This document shows positions 1 through 9,960 of a stretch of DNA of 64,000 nt, piece by piece; within the stretch, counting starts at the first letter, position 1, and each line of letters starts with the position of its first letter. The DNA comes from Solirubrobacteraceae bacterium (GTDB lineage: Bacteria; Actinomycetota; Thermoleophilia; Solirubrobacterales; Solirubrobacteraceae). Below the pieces are notes generated by a model. It had not been told where the DNA came from. It saw only the letters and a program-made list of their open reading frames with translations, and ran no database searches. The DNA is taken from NCBI GenBank assembly GCA_035552575.1, contig DASZLB010000207.1, forward strand, positions 1,519 to 65,518, given 5' to 3'. Both the position numbers and the translations under genes were made by a program.

Positions 1-2
1 TG

Positions 3-197
3 TTCTGCGCGGACTGCGGCTCGGCGCTGTTCAGCGGCGATCCGCTCTCGGACGAGCAGGTCGCGGTGCGGCTCGGGGCGCTCGACGGCGATCCGGGCAT
101 CCGCCCGAGCTATCGGCAGTTCGTCGCCTCAGCGCCGCCGTGGGAGCCGGTCCCCGAGGACGGCCTCGAGCGCTTCGCCGGCTCGCGCGGCGGCTGA
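3..197 (+). CDS. GFA/CENP-V family protein (C-terminal part, truncated by window edge)
   Basis: Frame from nt 3 reads FCADCGSALFSGDPLSDEQVAVRLGALDGDPGIRPSYRQFVASAPPWEPVPEDGLERFAGSRGG*. FCxxCGS followed by xGxLD..P..xP....W is the typical GFA C-terminus. Not in the ORF track. Confidence 0.8.
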   Translation, partial: FCADCGSALFSGDPLSDEQVAVRLGALDGDPGIRPSYRQFVASAPPWEPVPEDGLERFAGSRGG

Positions 198-209
198 GCA
201 GCGCTCGGC

Positions 210-680
210 CTAAGCGAGCTCGCCGGCCAGCGTGAGCGCGGCCGCGAGCACGCCGCCTGCGCCGACGACCGCGGCCGTCTGCGTCGCACGCACGTGCCCG
301 CCGAGCCGCGCCGCGCGCTCGCGCAGCCACGTCAGCGAGCGCGGCTCGCCGCAGCGCTCGCGCCAGCCCTCGAGCACGTGCTCGAGGCGCTCGTGCTCGG
401 CGATCGTCGCCAGCACTTCGACCTTTCCGCCGCCCTGCTCGGGCGGACCGAGCCGGACGAGGTAGAGCTCGCCGGTGTCGCTCACCCACGCGGCACGGTG
501 CAGCGGCCCGTGCGGCGTCTCGCGCCACCACAGGCCGACGTCGCGCTCGCGCGAAGCGACGCGGCGAGGGTCTGCGGCGTAGAAGCCTGTCAGCGAGCTG
601 TAGCGCGTCGAGCCCGTCCTGCGCCTGAGCACGCTCTTGCGTGCGCGTGGCGCCTTGCGCACCTGTTCGGTCTGTCTCAT
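210..680 (-). CDS. Hypothetical protein with C-terminal hydrophobic helix
   Basis: Part of ORF 210..764 with protein-like composition and C-terminal AAVVGAGGVLAAALTLA. Start uncertain (ATG 680 or an upstream GTG). Confidence 0.6.
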   Translation of the reverse strand: MRQTEQVRKAPRARKSVLRRRTGSTRYSSLTGFYAADPRRVASRERDVGLWWRETPHGPLHRAAWVSDTGELYLVRLGPPEQGGGKVEVLATIAEHERLEHVLEGWRERCGEPRSLTWLRERAARLGGHVRATQTAAVVGAGGVLAAALTLAGELA

Positions 681-810
681 TGCGGCACCGCCCGGATGGT
701 CGAGGAGGAAGCTGATCTGCACAGCCTCCTCGGTCGGTCTAAATCCCGGGTTAGCGCGCCGCAAGAACTCGCGCGTAGGGCGGTGTGCATCGCTCGCGCG
801 GCCTTCGGGG

Positions 811-851
811 CCCAGAGGTCGCCGGTCCGCGTCGGGCCGGTGACCTCTGGG
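811..851. terminator. Strong hairpin downstream of HU gene, probable intrinsic terminator without U-tract
   Basis: CCCAGAGGTCGCCGGTCC (811-828) pairs with GGGCCGGTGACCTCTGGG (834-851): 18-bp stem, 5-nt loop, 15 nt past the hup stop. Outer CCTTCG/CGAAGG can extend it. Confidence 0.6.
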
Positions 852-866
852 GATCGCGAAGGACGA

Positions 867-1142
867 TCAGCCGTTCAGACGCTTCTTCAGCGCACTGGCC
901 GCTGAGAACTTCGCAGCCTTGCTGGCGGCGATGTCGATCGTCTCGCCAGTCGACGGGTTGCGTCCCTGCCGCGCAGCACGGTGACTGACGCTGAACTTGC
1001 CGAAACCAGCCAGCGCGACCTCACCCCCGGCGGCCAGCTCATCGGAGACCACGTCGATCACCGTCTCCACCACCTGTCGGGCCTGACTGGCTGCCAGTCC
1101 GTTTCGACTGGCGACCTGCTCGGCCAGCTCGTTCTTTGTCAT
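867..1142 (-). CDS. hup: HU family DNA-binding protein
   Basis: MTKNELAEQVA...LAGFGKF...RAARQGRNPSTGETIDIAA signature; GAAGGGAG RBS upstream of the ATG. Confidence 0.95.
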   Translation of the reverse strand: MTKNELAEQVASRNGLAASQARQVVETVIDVVSDELAAGGEVALAGFGKFSVSHRAARQGRNPSTGETIDIAASKAAKFSAASALKKRLNG

Positions 1143-1237
1143 ACCGCTCCCTTCTAGGGTGTCGTTACTGCGAGCAGGCTAACCGCTCGCGTGGACGACG
1201 AAACCAGTAAACACGGGACATCGGCCCGACGAAGGCC

Positions 1238-2305
1238 CTAATTTCCGGGGAACTCGGCGGGCCGGGGAGCACCGATTGGGGCGCTCGCGCCCCGTTCGGG
1301 CGCGATTGCGGCATGTCGCGGCACCAGCGAGCCGGCCGCGCAGGCCGCCCAGACAGCGGCCAGCCAAGCTCCGCAGGCGAGCCCGACGTGCACCCAGACG
1401 AGCTCTGTCGGCAGGTGCGTCTCGTATTGGTCGAGCCCGACGACGCCTTGCAGCGCGAGCAGCACGCAGAGCACCGTCGACGAGCGCCTGACCGTCTGCG
1501 GCGCCTCGCGCCGGCGCGCGAACCACCACAGCGCGACCGCCGCGAGGCCGAAGAGGAGCGCGATCTCACCGTGGCGGTGGATCACGAAGTCCATCGTGCC
1601 GCGGCCGTCGAAGTCGAGCCGGTTGATCTTCTGTCCCGGCGAGCCGCCCGCGTGCGGCCCCGCCGCCGTCGCGGCAGTCCCGGCGAAGATCGTCAGCGCG
1701 CCGAGCGCGACGAGTCCTCGCGCGGCGAGGATCAGCGTGCGGTCGGGTGCAGGCGGTCGCGCGGCGGCGTGCGAGCCGTTCTGAGAGCCGGCGACGGCGC
1801 TCTGCTCGACGGTTTCGCTCAGCGCCGACTCGTGCGCGGCGCGCCAGGCGAGCAGCGCTGCGGCAAGCAGGATCAGCATCGACAGCGCGAAGTGGCCCAT
1901 CACCCAGCCGTAGTCGAGCGCACCGCGTACGGTGAAGCCGCCGAGCACGGCCTGCGCGACGACGCCGAGCGGCAGCAGCGCGCCGAGCCACATCAGGTCG
2001 CGGCGGTACGGGCGCCGGCGCAAGGCGAGCAGCCATGCAGCGCCGGCCGCGATCGACACCGGCACGGTGATCAAGCGATTGGAGAACTCGATCACGGCGT
2101 GCGTCGTGAGCGGCGGATAGGCGTTGCCGTAGCAGCGCGGCCAGTCCGGGCAGCCGAGGCCCGAGCCGGTCAAGCGCACGGCGGCGCCACTCAGCACGAT
2201 CAGCGTCAGCGCGCCGAGCGCTACGTACGCGGCGTAGACGTACTGATGCGGCGTGACCGTGAAGCCGTTCGTGCGGGCGCGCAGGCGCTCGAGCCTCGAT
2301 CTCAT
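1238..2305 (-). CDS. ctaA: Heme A synthase (COX15/CtaA family)
   Basis: GAAVRLTGSGLGCPDWPRC, IEFSNR, QAVLGG, GHF, GPHAG, HRH and HVGLA motifs with multiple TM helices. Start placed at ATG 2305. Confidence 0.88.
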   Translation of the reverse strand: MRSRLERLRARTNGFTVTPHQYVYAAYVALGALTLIVLSGAAVRLTGSGLGCPDWPRCYGNAYPPLTTHAVIEFSNRLITVPVSIAAGAAWLLALRRRPYRRDLMWLGALLPLGVVAQAVLGGFTVRGALDYGWVMGHFALSMLILLAAALLAWRAAHESALSETVEQSAVAGSQNGSHAAARPPAPDRTLILAARGLVALGALTIFAGTAATAAGPHAGGSPGQKINRLDFDGRGTMDFVIHRHGEIALLFGLAAVALWWFARRREAPQTVRRSSTVLCVLLALQGVVGLDQYETHLPTELVWVHVGLACGAWLAAVWAACAAGSLVPRHAAIAPERGASAPIGAPRPAEFPGN

Positions 2306-2417
2306 CGCCCTAAGTCTGCCAACTCGGCGCGCATCGCTCGCCTGGGGCCGCTCGCGAGCGCTCGTGCACGTGGGGCGTGCCGGCACGTCAGGCCCGGCCG
2401 GCGCGCTGCGGCGGCGC

Positions 2418-3494
2418 TCAGCCGCCCGTGAGCCAGCGCTCGGCGTTCTGCTCGTGCACCTCGCGCAGGATGCCCTCGAGCCCGCGCGTCAGGCTCCATT
2501 CGGGATAGTCACGGGCAAACGGGCGCAGGTCGCTGATCCACCAGCGATGGTCGCCGCGCCGGTTCTGCTCGCTGAGCGTCCAGTCGAGCTCGCGCCCGGC
2601 GATCTGCTGACAGAGCTCGATCGCCTCGAGCATCGAGCAGTTACAGGCGCGCCCGCCGCCGATGTTGTAGACGGCGCCGCCGCCTCGCGGCGCGGCATGG
2701 AAGGCTGCGAACGCCGCGACGAGGTCGGCGGCGTGGATGTTGTCGCGAACCTGCTTGGCGCCGTAGCCGAACACGGTGTACGGCTCACCCGTCACAGTCG
2801 CGCGCATCAGGTAGGAGAGGAAGCCGTGCAGCATCGTTCCGGCGTGGTTCGGCCCGGTCAGGCAGCCGCCGCGAAAGCAGACCGTGCGCATGCCGAAATA
2901 GTGCCCGTACTCCTGCACGAGCAGGTCCGCGGCAGTCTTCGAGACGCCGAACAGCGAGTGCGTGCTGCGATCGATCGACATCGACGTGTCGATGCCGTCG
3001 TAGTAGACATGGTCCTCGGCGAGCTCGAGGCGCTCGGGCAGCTCGATCAGCGGCAGCGCGTTGGGCAGATCGCCGTAGACCTTGTTCGTCGAGCAGAAGA
3101 CGAACGTCGCGTCCGACGCGTGCGCACGCGTCGCCTCGAGCAGGTTGAGCGTGCCGAGCGCGTTGACCTCGAAGTCCGTGTGCGGGTCAGACGCGGCCCA
3201 GTCGTGCGACGGCTGCGCGGCCGTATGGATCACGAGCTCGATCTGGCCTGCGCGCTCGGCGAACGCGCGCTCGACCGCCGCACGGTCGCGGATATCGATA
3301 GCGAGCGAGCTGAACGCGTCCGGGTATCGCTCGAGCAGCGCGTTCGTCATGTGCGCCGTCGAGGCGTCCGCACCGAAGAAGCGCGCGCGCATGTCGTTCT
3401 CGATGCCGAGCACGTCATAGCCGAGCTTGGCGAAATGCGCGACCGACTCCGAGCCGATCAGGCCGCCCGATCCTGTGACTATCGCCGTGCGCAT
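2418..3494 (-). CDS. NAD-dependent epimerase/dehydratase, CDP-paratose 2-epimerase (RfbE/Tyv)-like SDR
   Basis: TGSGGLIG Rossmann motif, [43 protein letters not shown]. Confidence 0.85.
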   Translation of the reverse strand: MRTAIVTGSGGLIGSESVAHFAKLGYDVLGIENDMRARFFGADASTAHMTNALLERYPDAFSSLAIDIRDRAAVERAFAERAGQIELVIHTAAQPSHDWAASDPHTDFEVNALGTLNLLEATRAHASDATFVFCSTNKVYGDLPNALPLIELPERLELAEDHVYYDGIDTSMSIDRSTHSLFGVSKTAADLLVQEYGHYFGMRTVCFRGGCLTGPNHAGTMLHGFLSYLMRATVTGEPYTVFGYGAKQVRDNIHAADLVAAFAAFHAAPRGGGAVYNIGGGRACNCSMLEAIELCQQIAGRELDWTLSEQNRRGDHRWWISDLRPFARDYPEWSLTRGLEGILREVHEQNAERWLTGG

Positions 3495-3537
3495 GGCCGC
3501 TCAAGCATCGCAGCCGCGCGGGCGACCGCCAGGTGGC

Positions 3538-4110
3538 TCACGCCTCGCCGAACACGAACGGAAGCTCGTCTGCGAGCTCGCGCAGCAACGGCGCGCGCGT
3601 GTCGCGCTCTGAGACGATCAGCTCGTCGACGGGCAGCGGCCATTCGATGCCGATGTCCGGGTCGTTCCAGGCGATCCCGCGCTCGACCTGCGGGTCGTAA
3701 TAGGCGGTCTGCTTGTAGATGACGTCCGCCACATCGCTGAGCACGCAGAAGCCGTGCGCGAAGCCAACCGGCACGAACAGCTCGCGCATGCTCTCAGCGT
3801 CGAGGTCGACGCGCTCCCACTCGCCGTATGTCGGCGAGCCCTTGCGCAAGTCGACGGCGATGTCAGCGATCTGGCCGCGTGCGCAGCGCACGAGCTTCGC
3901 GACGCCGTCGCCGATGTGGAAGTGCATTCCGCGCAGCACGCCGCGCGCCGAGCGCGACTGGTTGTCCTGGACGAAGCGCTCGTCGGGTGAGAGACCGAGC
4001 TCGGCGTGCCACTCGCTGCGGTACGTCTCGCAGAAGAAGCCCCGCTCGTCGCCGTGTGCGACCGGGTCGATCACAACGAGGCCGGATAGGCGGGTCGGCA
4101 GCACGCGCAC
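3538..4110 (-). CDS. rfbC: dTDP-4-dehydrorhamnose 3,5-epimerase family (RmlC/RfbC)
   Basis: HGDERGFFCE, VQDNQSRS..GVLRGMHF, KLVRC, DLRKGSPTYG, GFAHGF, WNDPDIGIEWP. GTG start at 4110 with TAACCT 8 nt upstream. Confidence 0.9.
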   Translation of the reverse strand: MRVLPTRLSGLVVIDPVAHGDERGFFCETYRSEWHAELGLSPDERFVQDNQSRSARGVLRGMHFHIGDGVAKLVRCARGQIADIAVDLRKGSPTYGEWERVDLDAESMRELFVPVGFAHGFCVLSDVADVIYKQTAYYDPQVERGIAWNDPDIGIEWPLPVDELIVSERDTRAPLLRELADELPFVFGEA

Positions 4111-4118
4111 GGTGGCTG

Positions 4119-4148
4119 AGGTTACCGATCGCTCAGCTCTCCTATATT
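4119..4148. promoter_or_regulatory. Divergent pair of -10 elements (leaderless-type) for rfbC and PPTase
   Basis: TAACCT on - (4119-4124) lies 8 nt before GTG 4110; TATATT on + (4143-4148) lies 6 nt before GTG 4155; no SD on either side. Confidence 0.55.
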
Positions 4149-4154
4149 CGCGCG

Positions 4155-4931
4155 GTGAGCATGTGCCCGAACGCGACCTGCCGGTTGCCTGCGATCGCCA
4201 GCCCATCGGTCGGATGGACCAGCGGCCCAGCCGCTCCGGAACTTGGCGATGGGTCCGTCCACGTCTGGCGGGCAGATCTCACGGTGGTCGGCGACCGCGC
4301 GATAGAGCTGCTCAGCGCCGATGAGAACGAGCGCGCCGCCCGGATCCTCCGCAGTGACGTTCGTCTGATGTGGACCCGCTCGCGCGGTGTCCTCAGGTCG
4401 CTGCTCGAGCGATACTTGGGTCAGGAGGCCAGCACTGTTGCGCTTACGTGCGGGGCGCACGGAAAGCCGACGCCGGCCGGCCTCGGCAGACGCGTGTTCT
4501 TCAACCTTTCGCATTCGTGCGACCTCGCGCTCTACGCGTTCACCGCAACGGGACCCGTCGGTGTCGACGTGCAAGTCGCACGCAGCCGGACGCGAGAGGC
4601 GAAGACCGACTACGTCACACTCGCAAGACGTGCTCTCGGCGATGAGGCGGCCCGCTACCTGGGCGATCTCTCGACCAAATCGCGCGAAGAAGAGTTCCTG
4701 CGCCTGTGGACGCGCCATGAGGCCGAGCTGAAGCGGCGCGGCACTGGCATCGGCGGAAAGGCTCGAGCGCACGCGACGGCGACGGGCACGGGTAGCTCGG
4801 CAGTCACAGTCGCAGTCGCCCCGCACGCAAGCCCGTGGATCGTCGAGTTGGACGTCGGACCCCGCGCCGCCGCGGCGCTCGCACTGCGATCGCGTGGGGT
4901 CGAGCCACAGCGCTGGAGGTACGCCTTCTAA
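4155..4931 (+). CDS. Sfp-type 4'-phosphopantetheinyl transferase
   Basis: VHVWR, LLSADE..RA, SRGVLRSLL, GAHGKP, FFNLSHS, VGVDVQ and FLRLWTRHEA..KRRGTG motifs. Confidence 0.82.
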   Translation: MSMCPNATCRLPAIASPSVGWTSGPAAPELGDGSVHVWRADLTVVGDRAIELLSADENERAARILRSDVRLMWTRSRGVLRSLLERYLGQEASTVALTCGAHGKPTPAGLGRRVFFNLSHSCDLALYAFTATGPVGVDVQVARSRTREAKTDYVTLARRALGDEAARYLGDLSTKSREEEFLRLWTRHEAELKRRGTGIGGKARAHATATGTGSSAVTVAVAPHASPWIVELDVGPRAAAALALRSRGVEPQRWRYAF

Positions 4932-6073
4932 AGGATCTTCACGGTTATCCGTTGACTGATTGTCTTGCCGTTGACGACCGCCGCGAGCTTCACCGAGACG
5001 CCGTGTTTGGCGCGGATTTTGCTCACCAGCTCCGATCGGACGCGAATCGGCAGGTGCACCGTCTTGTTCGCCTGCAGGCTGAAGCCGACACGACCGTAGG
5101 TCGCTTCGCCGGCGTAGTTGCTTTCGCCGGGCACGGTCAATGTCGCCGTCCCCTTGCACGGGCTGACGCGGCAGAACACGGCGACCGCGACGATCCGGCT
5201 GTGGTTGATGCCGTCGGTCTGCGGGCTGACGCGGATCGGCGCGAGTGGCGGGGGCAGGCCATCCTTGCCACCGGGGCAAATGTGCGTGGCGTCTCTGCCG
5301 GTCGCCAGCGTGACGCGCATCAACAGTTCCTCGTTGCGGCTCACCGCAAAACCGTCGTCGGCCGATGTCACGGCCGGCGACAGGGTCGCGCCGTTGCCGG
5401 TGCCCTCGTCCTTGATGAACGAGTTCGTCGTCGAGCCGGGGACCGCACCAAGCACCTGAAACGGCACGCCGGCGCGGTAGACATTCTGGACGTAGCCGCC
5501 GCTGTCGTTGAAGCCAACGTAGTCGCCGGCGCTGACGCACAGGTTGACCGGCAGATAGCTGGAGATCGTCGACGCGTCGGCACCGTTTTCTCCGCATATC
5601 GGGACGTCGAACCCCTGTGAGGTGAGGCTCACCTTGACACCGCCGCCGGGTATCGGCGAAAGGTCCTGGAAATGGATGGTGTTAAGTGGCATCAGGTCGT
5701 TCGCGGCCTTCTGTGCACAGCCCTCGAGTTCGATCTTCTTCGCTTGTCCGGTCGCCGGCACGGCTGCTCCACCGCGGGCCTTCGAGAAGTTCCAGATCGC
5801 CGTGTCAGCGCCGAAATGGAACGTGTGGAAGATGCCGTTCGGCGCGTCCGCGCTCGGCGGCACCTGCGTGTACGTGCCGGGGTAGCCGAGATCTTCGGCG
5901 GTGTTGAGCGTCGCCGGGACCGACAGCGGGCTGCCGATCGTTGTCAGCTTTGCGTCGCTGGGGGACGGGACACAGAGCACGCTGAAGGCCGCAACGGCGG
6001 CGGCCACCAGGAGCGAGCGCATGCGACGGACAGGATGGTCGAGCCTCGGGATGTGGGTGTGTCGTTCGATCAT
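4928..6073 (-). CDS. Secreted hypothetical protein (signal peptide, beta-rich, several Cys)
   Basis: RRMRSLLVAAAVAAFSVLCVPSPSDA signal-like N-terminus, Pro-rich linker and Ig-like C-terminal domain (C..SPCKG...). Confidence 0.75.
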   Translation of the reverse strand: MIERHTHIPRLDHPVRRMRSLLVAAAVAAFSVLCVPSPSDAKLTTIGSPLSVPATLNTAEDLGYPGTYTQVPPSADAPNGIFHTFHFGADTAIWNFSKARGGAAVPATGQAKKIELEGCAQKAANDLMPLNTIHFQDLSPIPGGGVKVSLTSQGFDVPICGENGADASTISSYLPVNLCVSAGDYVGFNDSGGYVQNVYRAGVPFQVLGAVPGSTTNSFIKDEGTGNGATLSPAVTSADDGFAVSRNEELLMRVTLATGRDATHICPGGKDGLPPPLAPIRVSPQTDGINHSRIVAVAVFCRVSPCKGTATLTVPGESNYAGEATYGRVGFSLQANKTVHLPIRVRSELVSKIRAKHGVSVKLAAVVNGKTISQRITVKIL

Positions 6074-6190
6074 TCTGGTGCTTCGGCATTCACCGCGCCA
6101 ACGTCCAGCGAAACGCGCTTAGACGGACATACGGGGGATGCGGCACGGGTCGCACGACGCTCGCTGGATCGCGCGCGGCGCCGAGCACCG

Positions 6191-6748
6191 CTAGAGTGGG
6201 CGCGCAATCGGCGCTTGGCCGCCTCGCTGCGCGCTCGGTCCCGCCTCATCCTGCGGAGCAGCGGGCGGCGAGCCGTGAAAGATGACGAAGCGCATGACGA
6301 TGAAGCCGGTCGTGGTGACTATCGCCATCGTCGCCAGATAGACGATCTCCGTGTCAACGCCGAGCGCCCCTGGAAGCACCGCCGTCGACGCAGCCGTGCC
6401 TCCGTATTGTGCGAGCGCCATCACGAGGTAGCGGCCAACCTGATGTCGGAACGGCAGGGCAAAACCGTCTTCGTGAACCCACACGAACAGACGCTGCAGC
6501 GTGAAGTGCAACGAGATCGCGCAGACGAACCCGATCGCTAGCGCGATCTGGAACGGAAGCCCGACGATCTGCGAGAGGACGGTCGTCACAGCGAGGTACA
6601 CGAGCGTGACCAGCCCCCCGGCAAGCCCGAAGCGGACCAGCTGTCCGGTCAGCCCCGAGCGCGACGAGCGCAGATGCTGAGTGAGATCGCCCGCCGAGCT
6701 CAGACTCGGGCGGACGAGCGTAACGGTAGGTTTGCGTCGCTCGGGCAC
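6191..6748 (-). CDS. GtrA family flippase-like membrane protein
   Basis: QLVRFGLAGGLVTLVY...ALAIGF...HFTLQRLFVW...QVGRY...MRFVIF; 4 TM helices. Start uncertain. Confidence 0.85.
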   Translation of the reverse strand: MPERRKPTVTLVRPSLSSAGDLTQHLRSSRSGLTGQLVRFGLAGGLVTLVYLAVTTVLSQIVGLPFQIALAIGFVCAISLHFTLQRLFVWVHEDGFALPFRHQVGRYLVMALAQYGGTAASTAVLPGALGVDTEIVYLATMAIVTTTGFIVMRFVIFHGSPPAAPQDEAGPSAQRGGQAPIARPL

Positions 6749-6761
6749 AGCGCGACCGATG

Positions 6762-8483
6762 TCAGGTCGACTCCATTGCCTTCGGCGCGACGAACGGCTC
6801 CATCTCGCTGATCGGATGCCCGAACGCAACCTTCGGATAGGCGTTCGCGAACGTGTCGATCGCCACCTCCAGTAGAAATGGTGAGTCGGGGTCGCGCCAC
6901 ATGTCCGCGATCACGCTCTCCAGCTCGCTCTCGCGATCGGCGCGTCCAGCCGAGATTCCGAAGGCGGCTGCGACAGCGACGAAATCCGGTGCCGAATAAC
7001 CCCAGGTGGTCGATTGGTAGCGACCGTCGAAGTAGGATTCCTGAAACTGACGCACCATCCCGTGCGTGCGATTGTTGAGGATCACGATCTTCAGCGGCAG
7101 TTCGTTTCGCGCGACCGTCTGGAGCTCCTGGATGTTCAGTTGAAAGCCGCCGTCGCCGGCGATCAGCACGACTGGTGCACCCACCGCTATGCACGCGCCC
7201 ACGGCGAACGGCAGCCCGGAGCCCATCGCGCCCATCCCGCCCGACGTGAGAAAGCGCTGCTGGCCGCCGAGCTCGAGTGACTGTGCAGCCCACATCTGAT
7301 GCTGGCCGACGTCGGTCGCGTAGGCCGCCGCCAAGGCGGAGCTGCGCGAAACTCTGTGCATCAGAGCGTTCGGATTGATGCCGGGCACGTCTGGCAACTC
7401 GCCCGTGTCGGGCCAGCGTGCACGCAAGTCGGCTATCTCGCTGCGCCAAGCCTCGAAGCGAGGCGACTCCGCCGAGGGGATGCGCTCGCCAGCCGCGACG
7501 ACGAACGGCTCGAGCTGCGCCACGGTCGTTCGGCAACCGAGCACACGGTTGTTCAGCTCACCGGGATCGCAGTCGACGTGATGAATCGGCCTGCCTGACG
7601 CGAAGCTGTCGGTATCGGCCCCGGTCTGGCGGATGTCGAGGCGGCTGCCGAGCACCAAGAGCAGGTCCGCCCGCGCGAGCGCGATGTTCGCCCAGCGATT
7701 GCCATACGTACCGATCATGCCGACGCGCAGCGGATGCTCGAAGGGCAGCGCGTCGACGCCCATCAGCGAGTTGACCACCGGCACCCCGAGCCCGTCCACC
7801 AGCCGGCGGAAACCCTCTACGGCGCCGGCCGTGCGGATTCCTCCGCCGGCAAGGATCAACGGCCGCGAAGCCGCGCTCAGATCGCCGAGCAGCAGGTCGA
7901 TCGCCGCGGTGTCCACCAGTTCGACCGGCTCGGCTTGCGCCTCCGGTGCCGGTGCCGGCACGGCCAACTCGACACGCTGAAGATCCATCGGGATGTCCAA
8001 CAGGACGGGTCCCGGGCGCCCGGTGCGCGCAAGTCTGAACGCGGCGAGCAAGCGCTCTGGCAACTCCTCTGCGGTCCGTACGCGCCACGCCGCCTTGGCG
8101 ATCGGCGCCGCCATCGCGACAATGTCTGTCTCCTGGAAGCCAAGCTGGCGGATCGGCCGCTCGCCCTTCTGCTCGGCGCGGTTGACCTGGCCGGTGATGA
8201 ACACAGCCGGCACCGAGTCGAAGTGGCAGCTGCCGAGCGGGGTGAGCAGATTGATCGCGCCCGGGCCGCTGGTACCCATCGCGACGCCCGGGACGCCGGT
8301 CATCCGCGCGTGCGCCTCGGCACTGAAGCCAGCCGCCTGCTCGTGGGCGCAGGAGACGATGCGGATGCGGCCGTCGCGGTGAATCGCGTCGAGAAAGTTG
8401 GCGATCATTCCGCCGACAACCTCGTACACCGTGTCGACGCCCTGCGCGACGAGGGCCTCGGCGATCCAGTCCGAGGATTGCAT
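6762..8483 (-). CDS. ThDP-dependent carboligase (acetolactate synthase-like, YerE-like by context)
   Basis: HEQAAGFSAE, TSGPGAINL, GFQE, GRPGPV, DVGQHQMW, SGGMGAMG and GDGG...NN ThDP motif. TGATG coupling to rfbH; no ilvN/ilvC nearby. Confidence 0.88.
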   Translation of the reverse strand: MQSSDWIAEALVAQGVDTVYEVVGGMIANFLDAIHRDGRIRIVSCAHEQAAGFSAEAHARMTGVPGVAMGTSGPGAINLLTPLGSCHFDSVPAVFITGQVNRAEQKGERPIRQLGFQETDIVAMAAPIAKAAWRVRTAEELPERLLAAFRLARTGRPGPVLLDIPMDLQRVELAVPAPAPEAQAEPVELVDTAAIDLLLGDLSAASRPLILAGGGIRTAGAVEGFRRLVDGLGVPVVNSLMGVDALPFEHPLRVGMIGTYGNRWANIALARADLLLVLGSRLDIRQTGADTDSFASGRPIHHVDCDPGELNNRVLGCRTTVAQLEPFVVAAGERIPSAESPRFEAWRSEIADLRARWPDTGELPDVPGINPNALMHRVSRSSALAAAYATDVGQHQMWAAQSLELGGQQRFLTSGGMGAMGSGLPFAVGACIAVGAPVVLIAGDGGFQLNIQELQTVARNELPLKIVILNNRTHGMVRQFQESYFDGRYQSTTWGYSAPDFVAVAAAFGISAGRADRESELESVIADMWRDPDSPFLLEVAIDTFANAYPKVAFGHPISEMEPFVAPKAMEST

Positions 8484-9877
8484 CAGCGAGTCGCTTCTTC
8501 GATCTCGCCCTGCGGCTCTCGCGAGCTACCCCGCCGGTGCCCGATGGAGTTCCCGCCGGTGGAGATCGCATCGTGGAAGCTCTCGATCATGAACTGCACC
8601 GCCTCGTCGGTCAGGCCCGGGTAGACCCCAACCCAGAAGACACGGTTCATCACGAAGTCGGCGCGCGCGAGGTCGCCGATGCGGCGGTGCGGCACGTCCA
8701 AATACGCAGGCTGACGAAGCAGGTTCCCGCCGAAAAGCAGTCGCGTCGCGATCTTTCGATCGTTCATGAAGCGCAAGATATGATCGCGCGAGACGGGCGA
8801 CTCTTCGCGCAGCGCAAGTGGGAAGCCAAACCAGCTCGGATCGCTGTGCGGCGTCGCCTCGGGCAGGATCAGGTGATCTTGCAGATCTTGCAGACCGTCG
8901 AGAAGGAGCTGGAAGTTGCGGCGACGCGCCCGCCCGAACGACTCGAGCTTGTCGAGCTGAGCGACGCCGACCGCCGCTTGCATATCGGTCAGCTTCAGGT
9001 TGTAGCCGATGTGCGAATAGATGTACTTGTGGTCATAGCCATGCGGCAGTTCGCCGAGCTGGTGGTCGAAGCGTTTGCCGCAGGTGTTCTCTTTGCCCGG
9101 CGCGCACCAACAGTCGCGACCCCAGTCGCGAAACGACTCCGCGAGCACCTTGAGACGGCCCTTGTTCGTCAGCACGCAGCCGCCCTCGCCCATCGTGATG
9201 TGGTGCGCGGGGTAGAAGCTGACCGAAGCCAAGTCGCCGAACGTCCCAACCATCTTGCCTCGATACGTCGAGCCGAGCGCGTCACAGCAGTCCTCGACCA
9301 GCCACAGGTCGTGCTCGCGGGCGAACGTCGTGACCGCGTCGAGGTCGAATGGATTGCCGAGCGTGTGCGCGACCATGATCGCGCGAGTGCGATCGGAGAG
9401 CGCGTCCTCGAGCATTTCGACGTCGATGTTGTACGTCGGGACATCGACGTCCACGAACACCGGCACCAGACCGTTCTGGACGATCGGGTTGACCGTCGTA
9501 GGGAAGCTCGACGCAACGGTGATCACCTCGTCGCCAGGCTGCAAGCGGCGCGCGCCCAGCTTGCGCGAGGTCAGACACGAAAGCGCGACGAGGTTGGCAG
9601 AGGAACCAGAGTTGACGAGCAGCGCATGGCGGAGGCCGAACAACTTGGCGAACTTGCGCTCGAACTCATCGGCGTAGCGGCCGGTAGTCAGCCAGAAGTC
9701 GAGCGATGCGTCGATCAGGTTGACCATCTCGCGCTCGTCGAAGACCCGTCCGGCAAAGTGGATCTGCGTCTCGCCCGCGTCGAACTCCGCCGGCGGAAAC
9801 TCGGCGCCGTGATACTCGCGGACCAGGTCGAGGATCTGACCTCGCAGCTGCGTCGCGCGGTCGCTGTCGAGGCTCAT
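8483..9877 (-). CDS. rfbH: CDP-4-keto-6-deoxyglucose 3-dehydrase (E1; RfbH/DdhC/AscC)
   Basis: [38 protein letters not shown] (His replaces the PLP Lys), [13 protein letters not shown] Fe-S motif, [14 protein letters not shown]. Confidence 0.93.
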   Translation of the reverse strand: MSLDSDRATQLRGQILDLVREYHGAEFPPAEFDAGETQIHFAGRVFDEREMVNLIDASLDFWLTTGRYADEFERKFAKLFGLRHALLVNSGSSANLVALSCLTSRKLGARRLQPGDEVITVASSFPTTVNPIVQNGLVPVFVDVDVPTYNIDVEMLEDALSDRTRAIMVAHTLGNPFDLDAVTTFAREHDLWLVEDCCDALGSTYRGKMVGTFGDLASVSFYPAHHITMGEGGCVLTNKGRLKVLAESFRDWGRDCWCAPGKENTCGKRFDHQLGELPHGYDHKYIYSHIGYNLKLTDMQAAVGVAQLDKLESFGRARRRNFQLLLDGLQDLQDHLILPEATPHSDPSWFGFPLALREESPVSRDHILRFMNDRKIATRLLFGGNLLRQPAYLDVPHRRIGDLARADFVMNRVFWVGVYPGLTDEAVQFMIESFHDAISTGGNSIGHRRGSSREPQGEIEEATR

Positions 9878-9960
9878 CGCCGGAGCTGCGCGGGCAGGAC
9901 GTGGGGGTCGCGTCTGATGCGCCGGACCTTAGCAGGGAGGCTCGTTGCGTCAGCGCCCTG

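Noticed and set aside
6762-8483. Calling the ThDP enzyme housekeeping ilvB
   Set aside because: No ilvN/ilvC adjacent and it is translationally coupled to rfbH, so a sugar-pathway role fits better.
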